Below, piece by piece: positions 1 to 9,950 of a DNA stretch of 64,000 bases. Origin of the DNA: Anthoceros angustus. Taxonomy: Eukaryota; Plantae; Anthocerotophyta. Both the position numbers and the translations under genes were made by a program. The stretch spans positions 558,001 to 622,000 of the forward strand of contig MU008159.1 in the NCBI GenBank assembly GCA_010909165.1, written 5' to 3'. Under the pieces are notes generated by a model that was not told the origin of the DNA, did not search any database, and was given only the letters and a program-made list of their open reading frames with translations. The stretch's first letter is position 1, and the number at the start of each line of letters is the position of its first letter.

Positions 1-1825
1 GGAGAACAAGAGGAAATTGCAGGAGCTCGGCCTGGAGAACGCGGCGGAGGAGGCTGTGAAGGCTAAGAAGATCAAGCCCGCCAGGCCTCAGGTATTGGCA
101 CTATACTTCGCCTTTCTTGCTGCCCGGGGTCGCCTTCTGCCGTGGCCTGGGAGAAGGTAGAAGGAGACGCCAATTCGAGTTCTGCGTGGTGACAGGTTCT
201 CAAGGCCAGGGTGCCTAGCGGCGAAAGACGACGCTCCTCCAGGGTCGCGCTGCTGCCAACCTGCAACTATGAGGATGTGAGCGGCCATCTTTCTTTTCTT
301 AGCGCGGCTCTCATTTCTAAATTGCGCTGTGCTTGGGGTTGGGGGATGACGGTCCTTGTGTGTTGGTGCAGAAGGAAAGTCTGGATCTTCGGGGATCTCG
401 CAGAAGGTGAGCGGGCTCCTGCTTCCTGCTTGTTAGGCTCGTGTGTGTTGAGCTGAGCTGAGGAGGGGCATGGAATTCCGATTATGCAGTAGGTGTCTGG
501 GAAGGAACCTGCGACGGGCGGCCCCCGGCCCTTCGCTCGCCGCCATGGACGGGGCTTGGGACGTTGCAGATGGCCTTGCATCTGGGAGATTTCCGTTCAC
601 CGTGAAGCAGATGTTGAGATCGCATGTGACCGCAGGATTCTGGTTGGTGAGTCACCGTACTACCTTCTTCCCGTCCTCATTTTTGCGCCGTGTGTCTGTG
701 TTTGCATGGGAGTCTGCAGCGCGCCTTCCAATGCCCGGAGACTCGTCCGTAGAGACATCTCAGACGCTGTCCGCGTCGCGGCGCTGAAGGCTGCGAGGGG
801 TGTTGAGGCGTCCCTGGATCCTGCGCACCCGTCCATGTCTCGCGAGATGATGCCGTCTCACGTTTCCGGGTGTTTTTGGATGGTAAGTTGGGGGCTGGCG
901 GGAGACAGTCCACCTGGGATCTGTTGTTTGCTGACTAAATGCTGCTGCGTCTTGGTTGCAGGGTTTGCCGAAGGGGTGGTGTCTTGAGCACCTCCCGGCC
1001 GAGACCACTGATTTGACGTTACAGGATGAAGACGGGAGGACGTGGGAGGCTCGGTATCTCCTTCACAAGAATGGGCTCAGCGGGGGATGGGGGGGATACG
1101 CTAAAGACCACGACCTTGAGGTTGGAGATGTAGTCACCTTCGAATTAGTGGAGCCAACGACGTTTCTGGTGAGCGGTCGGGCACACTAGGCCGACGGTCT
1201 GCTCTTATGCTTTTGCTTTTGTGCTTGCCTCCTAACCTGTCTTGCTCCGACTGTGGAGCAGATGCACATTGTTAGAGCAGCTGATCATGAGGCAGTCCAG
1301 GATAGCAAGACACAAGACAATCGAGGGAAACGAAATGAGAACTTCAAGTTGAAGCATCCGGTCAAGAAACAGGCAAAAGCAAGGGAGGACAGCGACGAGG
1401 AGGAGGATTGGGAGGAGGAGGAAGAGGATGGACGACCCGACAAGCTGGAACAACGGACTGTCAGAAGTACTGCCAAGGAAAGTAAGAAAGAGAAGCAGAA
1501 ACAACAGCCAAGGCAGGAAAAGAAAACAAAAGCTGGTGCCAAAGTAAGTAAGCAAGTGAAGCAGAAACAGCCATGGGCGACCAACAAGGATAGGAGGCAA
1601 GTGAATGTGCCAGTCCAGGAAAGCACTAACAAGAAGAGGGCGGCTTCCTCCCGCCTCCAACAACCAGCAGCTGCAGCCGGAGAGCAACCAAGGGTGAGTG
1701 AGGCTAATCCTGCCCGCAAGAGACCCAAGCCTACCGCAACAAGGAATCTCTCAAATTTTCTAAAGTCTAGAAAGCACGTCGCCACGACCAAAAAAGGGAG
1801 CAAAGTAGTAAGCAATCGCCAATAA
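1..1825 (+). CDS. B3-domain (REM/VRN1-like) DNA-binding protein, copy 1; 5' end lies outside the window
   Basis: Exons spliced by eye: <1-91 (ENKRKLQELGL...), ~196-276 (RRSSRVALLPTCNYED), ~372-406, alternative exons 490/493-646 (FTVKQMLRSHVTAGFWL) or 720-882 (PSMSREMMPSHVSGCFWM), 962-1168 (GLPKGWCLEHLP..LTLQDEDGRTWEARYL..GLSGGWGGYAKDHDLEVGDVVTFELV, B3 signature), 1262-1825 (acidic/basic tail). All junctions are GT-AG. Confidence 0.85.
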
Positions 1826-1849
1826 ACCAAGCTTGTACAATTCAATACG

Positions 1850-2095
1850 TTTATGTTTGTCTTCCGGCAGGAAACGGTGCATGTAGGTACATCGCAACAT
1901 CAAGTGAGGTGCCAGCACTTGCTTCTTCACTGGCGTCTTCAGTCAAGACAAAACGTACAATTTTCCAACGTCTTCCTGAACGCTTTCCACTCCCATCTAG
2001 TAATGAACCCGTCCTTTCAGCTGCTGTTCCATCCTTACACAACCCGGACACTCTTGAGCAGCAGACGCCGGTTCGAATTCCGCACAGCTTGTGAA
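1850..2095 (-). pseudogene. Degenerate duplicate of the DnaJ 3' end and 3' flank
   Basis: Aligns by eye to ~6235-6440 (e.g. tccactcccatctagtaatgaacccgtcctttcagctgctg vs tccactcccatttactaataaacccgtactttcaactgctg). Confidence 0.7.
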
Positions 2096-3399
2096 GACCA
2101 GAGTGCCCACCGCCCAACGCTCCTCCAGGCTCGCTCGTTGCCAGCCTGCAACCACCAGAATGTCAGCGAGCACCTGTTTTCCTGAGTACTGCTTGTGTTT
2201 TCGAATTGCGCTGCGATTGGGTTGGGGTTGGGGTTAGGGTTGGGGTTGGGGGGAGATGACGGTCCTTGTAGGTTTGGGCAGAAGGAGAGTCAGGATCTGG
2301 GGGGATCTCGCAGCAGGTGAGCTGGCTGCTGTTTCCTGCCTCCTGCTTCCGGCCAGCCCTGTGTGTGTTGAGCAAGAATGAGGACGGAAAGAAGGAAGGG
2401 ACCAAACGGCGACTCACCAATCACAATCCTCAAATCATATGCAACGTGAACTATCTTCGTCTCCACGAACCGAAATACCTCTGCAGCATCGCAAGCCCCG
2501 TCCATGGCGGAGGGCAGAGGGCCCGGCCCGGGGCCATCCAGAGCAGCTTCCTTCCCAGCATTGGCAGCCTGCTTTGGCGTTGTCAGCTCACTTGACAAAG
2601 AAAGGCAGGCTTGAAAGGCAGGGCTTGAGCTTGTTGGAATAGAAACTTCCCTGTTAGTTTACCTGACAAAGAAAGGCATGGCTTGAGCTTCTATCCATTT
2701 CCGAATCATCCATCAAGCTGGCTCGCCCTCGGTCCTTGCCCTTTGCTCTCCGCCATGGACGGAGCTCGCGACGCTGCAGATAGCCCTGCACCCCCGAGAT
2801 TTCCTTTCTGCGAGAAGACCATGTCCGAGTGGCATTGTGTCAGAGTATTCTTGGTGGTGAGTCGCCGTGCTACCTTGTTCCCGTCGTCATATGTTCTTGC
2901 CCCGTGTGCCTGCTAAAATGCTTCGAGGGGTGTAACACTTGTTGTGTGTGCTAACAGAATGCTGCTAAGTCTTGGTTGCAGACTTTGGACAGGGAATGGA
3001 GTTCGATTCACCTTCCGCTCGTGGACACTGATATGACGTTACTGGATGACGACGGGAGGACGTGGAACGCTGTATATTTGCATGGCACGAATGCGCTCAG
3101 CGGGGGATGGAAGAGATACTCCATAGACCACCGCCTTGCGGTTGGAGATATAGTCACCTTCGAGTTAGTGCAGCCCACGAGGTTTCTGGTGAGTAGGCCG
3201 GCAGTCTGCTCTCATGCTTTACCTTGCTTGCTTCCTAACGGGTCCTGCTCCGACTGTGGCACAGATGCACATCGTCAGGGGAGGTGGTGTCTTCCAAGTC
3301 CAGGACAGCAAGACAAAAAAGAAGAAACGGACACGATATAAGACTGGTGCTTCGTTGTTGGTAGCCCGCAAGAGAACCAAGCCTACTAATAAGGGATAG
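2080..3399 (+). pseudogene. B3-domain gene copy 2, rearranged and 5'-truncated
   Basis: B3 exon ~2982-3188 (HLPLVDTDMTLLDDDGRTWNAVYLHGTNALSGGWKRYSIDHRLAVGDIVTFELV). The first exon is missing, there is an inverted exon copy at 2379-2536, and the tail is shortened. Confidence 0.7.
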
Positions 3400-3539
3400 T
3401 AGCATAGTAGCAGAGTAGAAGAAGAAAGAAGGTAGAAGGCTATGATAGTCCACTTGGCCAGAATTTTGCACTTGGACAAAATTTTCGTGTCATGGACTTG
3501 GTACTTAACAAGTTGTGCCATGGTGTGCCTAACCTAATT

Positions 3540-3800
3540 GCACCCCATCTACGTCTCCACTCCCTCTAGGCACCCCATCTAAGCATCCATCTAAGTCCAT
3601 CTAGATCTCCACTCCCTCTAGGCACCCCATCTAAGTACGCAACTAAGCACAGATGCTTAAGAGTAAGTACCCATTTAAGCGAGGTACCCATGTAAGCGTA
3701 GGAATCTTTTGTTCAAAGCGGTGTTCTTATAATAAATGTGTAGAGTTCTTATAAATGTGTGGTGTTTTAGAAATGTGTGGTGTTCTGATAAATGTATGTC
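3540..3800. repeat. Short minisatellite insert (gcaccccatcta.../tctccactccctctag; ataaatgtgtggtgtt)
   Basis: Direct repeats are visible at 3540-3635 and 3731-3800, and have no counterpart in the other B3 units. Confidence 0.6.
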
Positions 3801-3817
3801 CATTTGGACTGACTAAG

Positions 3818-4140
3818 ATACATGGGATTTCCATGGCGACGCTCATAAATGGGTTCTTTTGCACAAGTTCAGTGCCGTCTTCCATGTCTGCACGCTGCTT
3901 TTGAAAGAGCCCAGCAAAAACTAAGGGAATCTGGCGCACAAGACCACACACGAGGGAGACCAACGCGGGCGGCGGGCGATTTTACACTGTCGAGACAGCA
4001 AGCAGCTGTGACATTGCATCGCTCTTCGACACACTACCAGCAGATTCTCTACCCTCGCCACACAGCTCCGGGCCAGCACAGCATGCGGGACCGGACACAC
4101 AACCATGCACGAACGCAATTCCGTAACATGGAGAATCACC
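3818..4140 (-). pseudogene. Internally deleted DnaJ duplicate (mid-CDS fragment joined to the upstream/5' UTR region)
   Basis: 3818-3890 matches 6864-6935 (acatgggatttccatggcg..cataaatgg) and 3992-4135 matches ~7850-8035. Confidence 0.7.
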
Positions 4141-4537
4141 TTCCTCAAAATCACTGCCCTGCCGTGCCTGCTGTGTCATCCGACTGTGACACAGATGCAC
4201 ATCCACAGGCCTCGAAAACCAGCTGAATTTTGAGGAAGACCGGGATCTGATAGCGAGACAAAAGACAAGCGAGGGACACGATATGAGAACAGCCTCGAGT
4301 CAAGAAACACGCCAAAGCAGGATTGGAACCAGGATGAGAATGAGGAAGGGGAGACTGGGGAATTCAACCCGTCGGTCAGACCACACTCCGCGTACACGCA
4401 TACATATATATGTACAGACGCGGGTGACCGTTGGCTTGGCGAGGGATTTGAAAAAGGGGGGGGGGCTTCCGGAAAGAAATCTTTGCCGGGAAAGGGAAGC
4501 CCGGCTGTGAAGCTGGCAGCGGGAAGGGGAGCGGAAG

Positions 4538-6188
4538 ATGGAAGAAGTCGGTGGTGGCGCAGCGCAGAAGAGAGTCCATCCCTGCCGTGCCGAAATCGGT
4601 GCGCAGCACCAATGTGTCATCGGAACATGCAATGCTGGAAGAGGAGAAAAGAGGAATTGCAGGGGGTGGAGGGAGTGCAGGGTCGTGGGGCATGGCGTCT
4701 GTTGGCGTTCCTGCTGGCCATGCCTGCTGGGCAACGTTGGGCTGCCCGCTTCGTCTCCAGAGCAGGGGGATGCTAAGGATTAGAAGCCCAACCGGCCAGG
4801 CCTCACGCCCGCTTGCTCTCGCCTTCTGCCGTGGCCTGGGAGAAGGGGACGCGAATTCGAACTCTGCACAGCTTGTGAAGGCCAGAGGTCCCACCGCCTC
4901 CTCCACACCCGCGCTGCTGCCAGCCTGCGACTACCAGGATGTGAGCGTCCGTCTTCGTTCCTCAGAGCTGCTCGTGTTTCCAGATTGCGCTGCGATGAGA
5001 CGGTGCTTGTGGGTTTGTGCAGAAGGAGAGTCAGGATCTTGGGGGATCTCGCAGCAGGTGAGCTGGCTTGCTGCTTGCTGCTTCCTGCCAGCCCTGTATG
5101 TGTTGAGCTGAGGTGAGGTGGGACATGGAATTCCGATGTTGCAGTAGAGGGGGTGAGGGAAGGAAGCTGCTACGGGCGGCCCGGCGCCATGGACGGGGAT
5201 CGCGACGCTGAAGATATCCCTATACCCCCGAGACTTCCGTTCACCGTGATGCAGATGTCGAAGTCGCAATGTATCCATGGATTCTGGTTGGTGAGTCGCC
5301 TCCCCGTTCCTGCCCCGTGTGCATTGGAACCTGGAACGCGCTTCTGCGAAGGGTGTGCTAGCAACACTTGTGTGCTAATCAAATGCTGCTGAGTCTTCGT
5401 TGCAGGGTTTCACGAAGACGTGGAGTGACCTTCATCTTCCCAACATCGACACAGATATGACGTTACTGGATGACGACGGCAGGACGTGGATCGCTGTATA
5501 TAAGCATACCAGGCATGCGCTCAGCGGCGGATGGAAGAAATACTCCGTGGACCACAGCCTTGCGGTTCGAGATCTAGTCACCTTCGAGTTACCGATGCCC
5601 ACGAGGCTACTGGTGAGGGGTCGGGCACACTAGGCCACAAGTCTGCTCTCACGCTTCAGCTTGTTGCTGCTTACTGACTGGTCCTGCTCCGACTGTGGCC
5701 CAGGTGCACATCGTCAGAGGAGGTGATGTCGAAGTCAAGCCACCTGACAGCAAGAAGCGGCCACGATCTACGAACGACAAGGTTAAGCCTGCAGTCGGGC
5801 AACAGGCAAAGGCAAGGGAGGGCAGCGACGAGGAGGAGGAATGGGGAGGAGGAGGAGGAGGAGGAGGAGGAGGAGGAGGAGGAATGGAGGGAGGAGGAGG
5901 AGGAGGAGGGAGAGGGGGAGGCTTGGGATGACGATGAGGAAGAAGAGACTGATGAGGAGGATGAGGAGGCTGTCGGACAAGCAGAGGATGAAGCAGCCCA
6001 CCAGCTTCTCTCGCTTGCTGCCGGTCAAAAGTAAGGAAGAGAAGCAGGAAAAACAACAGCCAAGGCAGGAAAAGAAAAAGAACCCTCCTGCGTCCTTGTT
6101 GGTAGTCCGCAAGAGACCCAAGCCAAACGCAACAAGGAATCTCTCAAATTTTCCAAAATCTAGAAAGCGGGTCGCCATGACCAAATAA
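4538..6188 (+). pseudogene. B3-domain gene copy 3, with apparent frameshifts
   Basis: B3 exon 5406-5612 (HLPNIDTDMTLLDDDGRTWIAVYKHTRHALSGGWKKYSVDHSLAVRDLVTFEL) and exon-A homolog ~5150-5290 (FTVMQMSKSQCIHGFWL). Relative to copy 1 there are indels in exon 1 and an extra G at ~5843-5846 before the GAG tract. Confidence 0.65.
5829..5910 (+). repeat. (GAG)n microsatellite (poly-Glu in the B3 acidic tail)
   Basis: Directly visible GGA/GAG run; expanded relative to copy 1 (1396-1425). Confidence 0.9.
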
Positions 6189-6370
6189 AGGGAGCACAGT
6201 ACGAGGCGATCGCCGCTGAACCTTGAACAATTCATTACGTTTCTGTATGCCCGGCAGCAAACTCTGTATGCAGTTACCAACATCTTGATGTACCAGCCCT
6301 GGCCCTTCAGTCTAATTAAACTAACTTACAAATTTCCCCCATGTCCCTCGACGCCGTCCACTCCCATTTA

Positions 6371-7498
6371 CTAATAAACCCGTACTTTCAACTGCTGCTC
6401 CAGCCTTACACAAGCAGGACTCTCTGCTAACTGTTGAGCCCTAGATACACGCCACCTACGAGCATGCATTAGCTCGTACTTGCATTTCTGCACAAGATAC
6501 TCTTTGAAGTCGCTCTCAACTTGGAATTCAAGTGATCTTCTCGACTGACTTCCCACTGGATAATCCTTCTCAAATGTTGGCGACTTCACATAGTATTGGA
6601 TCCCATGGTCATTAGTTACCTGCGGCTTGTCGTAGGAAGAGCCTTGTTCTAGAGAATACACAGGTGGAGAAAATGGGAAGTAGGTGAGAGCAAACAAGGC
6701 AATGATGGGAAGCAACTGCAGAAGACCCAACAGATTATTGGAAGGCGTGTCTGTCCGCCCAGCACGAGCACCTTGGGTCCTCACGTGAACCCTTCGAAAC
6801 GACGCATTCTCGTTGAAGAAAAAGCTATTGAAGATATCGTTGGCATCAAACACGTCCTCATAGTACATGGGATTTCCATGGCGCCGCCTCATAAATGGAT
6901 TATGTTGCACAGCTTCAGTGCCATCTTCCGCCTCTGGACACTGGTCATATTTTGCCCTGCGCTCTGCATTACTCAAGCACATGAACGCTTTCGACACAGC
7001 CTTGAATGCCTCCTCAGCACCTTCTGCTTTATTTTTGTCAGGATGGACCTTCAGAGACAGTTTCCGATACGCTTTCCTTACCTCCTCTTCTGAGCATGTC
7101 TTCGATACGCCCAGAATCTCATAGAAATCCTTGGTTCTCCTCACACGTCGCACAACTTCCACCTGCTCAACTGTGGGGCCTGAGGCACTAGATCCATTAG
7201 ACTGATGCACACCGTTGCTGTGACGGTGAGCCCTGGAATCATGTGACGCGCTGCTTTCTCCATCGTCATTAGCTGTAGAGCGCGGCCTCTGCACATCTCC
7301 ATTTTCTGAAGTTGTCTCCTCTGATCCCTGCTTCCCATCCTCTCCGTTCACAAGTTTGAGCAGAGCATCCACTTGAGGAGTCGGAAACAGCCGCTGTGCC
7401 TTGGTCAAAAACTTTACGGCACGAACCTTGTCTCCGCTCTCAAACGCAGCTTGCCCAATCTCAAAACATCTCCTACCCTCATCCTTGTTACTGTCCAT
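6371..7498 (-). CDS. ER-membrane J-domain protein (DNAJB12/DNAJB14-like, DUF1977 type), single coding exon
   Basis: MDSNKDEGRRC N-terminus; J domain DFYEILGVSK...YRKLSLKVHPDKNK...AEEAFKAVSKAFMCLS with HPD motif; TM segment LLQLLPIIALFALTYF; C-terminal domain (YYVKSPTFEKDYP...EFQVE). Confidence 0.93.
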   Translation of the reverse strand: MDSNKDEGRRCFEIGQAAFESGDKVRAVKFLTKAQRLFPTPQVDALLKLVNGEDGKQGSEETTSENGDVQRPRSTANDDGESSASHDSRAHRHSNGVHQSNGSSASGPTVEQVEVVRRVRRTKDFYEILGVSKTCSEEEVRKAYRKLSLKVHPDKNKAEGAEEAFKAVSKAFMCLSNAERRAKYDQCPEAEDGTEAVQHNPFMRRRHGNPMYYEDVFDANDIFNSFFFNENASFRRVHVRTQGARAGRTDTPSNNLLGLLQLLPIIALFALTYFPFSPPVYSLEQGSSYDKPQVTNDHGIQYYVKSPTFEKDYPVGSQSRRSLEFQVESDFKEYLVQKCKYELMHARRWRVSRAQQLAESPACVRLEQQLKVRVY

Positions 7499-8392
7499 TC
7501 TTCTTCCACTCTTCAGGGCTCCTACACTCAATAAGAGCACACCAGCTTAAGACAAATACTCACAAGGCAGAATCAAAAAAAGCACTTCTTTCCTTCAACA
7601 GCAGAACTAGACGACTAGGAGTGCAAGTCGTCAGGTCAGCTGGTCTAACAACCAAAAGAATCAGGATCTGACCGAACATATCTATACATCCTAAAGCCCC
7701 GACACAATAGCAAAGAAAAAATCACGGTGCTGGCGAAGGAATCTTCCATACACAAACAAACGCAAAATCCTAAGAAAACCAAGATCCAAATGCGGACACT
7801 GTCCTCGCCTAGCTCCAACACACATTAGCCGTAGAAAAACTCAGAGATGCACGACAGCAAGCAGCTGTGGCATAGCACCCTTCTTCAAGACATTACCAGC
7901 AGATTCTCTACCCTCGCCTAGCTCAAACGCACCAACGGGACACAGCTCCGGGCCAGCACAGCATGCATGAGACAACTTTCCCACAAGGACCGGACACACA
8001 ACCATGCAGAAATGCAATTCCGTAACATCGAGAAGCCCGCAAATTGGTAGGGTTTTCACCTGCAGTGAAGCAGTCCTCGCGGCACAATCCACTGAGTTCC
8101 GAGTTCCCAACCCTCGCGAGGACCTCTTAGACTCGGGATCAAGCACTCCCTTGCACAGGCATCACGCCGCTCTTCTCGGAAGAGCACAGTAACCACCACA
8201 GCCCGCTGATCCACTCCAATTCCAACAGCGTACGATTCAAAATTACGATCCGAAGTTCCCAGCGAGGTGAAGCCCGATGCTGGCAGCCGAAGTTGGCACC
8301 CCGCTTGCAGATCCTTCAGTCAGAAGAGCAGGAGATCCCGGCCATGCTTTGCTACCATGGACGCGCAAAGTACCACGTCAAGGGTTGAGGGT

Positions 8393-8632
8393 TCCTACTT
8401 CCTAAGACTCCTCAAAGGAATGTACATACCCGGCTTAACTCATGTATTGTAAATGAAGTCAAAATCTTTCCTACTTCCTACTTGCTACGGCTCCATAAAG
8501 AAACGTACATAGCCGGCTTAACTCATACATAGTAAATGAAATCAAAATCTTTCCTACTTCCTACTTGCTACGATTCCATAAAGAAATATACATATCTAAC
8601 TTAATTCATATATAATAAATTAAATTAAAATC
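8393..8632. repeat. Three tandem ~80-bp units
   Basis: The unit tcctacttccta...catag/cccggcttaactcat...gtaaatgaa.tcaaaatc occurs three times; the third copy is strongly AT-shifted. Confidence 0.85.
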
Positions 8633-8859
8633 CTAATAAATATATACTTATATAGGCAGTCTCAAATGTTACGTATTTAAATATAGTTTTAATTCCTTAA
8701 GAAAAATCATTACAGTTTGAGAACGCTCTAGTATATAGGGTTATATTATATGTCATATTATACGTGATATATGTCGTTCAATTGTTTATGAATATTCTAC
8801 ATATTTTATAGAATCCCTTGGAGTTTATCGTCTTGAATTATCAATCTATATGTATGTTT

Positions 8860-9950
8860 CATATTTTGATTGATCTTAACTTTTGCGACTATCGCTACCA
8901 TCTTGGGTTTGTTATAGAATACCGATCTGGTCACACAGCATCCACATTTTTTTAGGATTGTGGGCAAAAAGAAATAGTCCCGCCGCATACGGCGGGACTA
9001 TTTCGGTATGTCACGCATGACCACATCAGTCGGGGTTGTGGCCCCCCGGTGTACTGATGTCGTTAACCTACCCGATGATGCACACAAAGTTTTCACAGTA
9101 CACAGAAATTTTTTTTCTCTCGGGTTAAGGGTTGCGTTTTAGGGTCATTTGCGTTTCCGTGCCATTGCGGCATGCATCTGGGCGCCGTATGTGAGCGATT
9201 GTGTTTGCGCCGCGCCTACCGTTTGCAATTGCGTTTGCGCCGCGCTTTCTCATCGTTTGTGTTTGCGGCCCAGCTGAGTGCGTTGGCTCTTGTGTGCAAG
9301 GCTGCAATGTTTGGCACTTGCTGCATATAGGGCTACAACGTTTCCTAGGCTTGCTGCCTATGGGGTGCAGTTTCACATCGCACTAAGTACCCTGAAACAA
9401 GCTTGTACTAGAAGGACCAACATAAGAAGGGCTTCCATGAAAACACTCGCATAGATACAAGGCTTGCACCCAAAAAAGCCTGCAATGCACAAGTGTAAAG
9501 TTCAAAGGGCCTACTGGACCACATAACGCTAATCCTGTCACGCCCACTTAACTGCTTCTAACTTCCCGCTGCTGCGGTACTGGCAATGCCTCCCCCCTGC
9601 TCTTGCACTCCCTACACAATGTCTTGGCCGCCTATTTAACATGTATGTGTGGTGATCTAAACCCTAAAACCCTAAACAAGAAAACATGTGCATGACACAA
9701 TCAGAACACCAAGCTAACATTGTGTCATAGAAAGTTTTTGCCTTGCGTACGAACCTACCGAAGCTGATGTGGTATGTATTATACGTATATTATATGCAAG
9801 TATCTGAAAGATGCTATGGCATACTTTCGTAGCGTACACCCAAAAAAAACAGAGTCACACACACAAAGCCAAGTGACCTGATCGGCATTCCATAATTTGT
9901 AGGAAACTCAAAGATGGCCGGAGTATTGTAAAATATCATGACCAAATAAA
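8860..9950. mobile_element. Putative degenerate non-autonomous TIR (MITE-like) element
   Basis: Imperfect terminal inverted repeats: ccatcttgggttt..ttatagaataccgatctggtcac (~8898-8935) vs the reverse complement of gtgacctgatcggcattccataa..aaactcaaagatgg (~9873-9917). No transposase ORF; no TSD identified. Confidence 0.5.

Noticed and set aside
5649-6056. Poly-Pro/poly-Gly/poly-Arg ORFs (extensin-like)
   Set aside because: They are alternative frames or the antisense strand of the GAG microsatellite.
9657-9677. True telomere or chromosome fusion site
   Set aside because: Only about three imperfect units; better explained as a telo-box.
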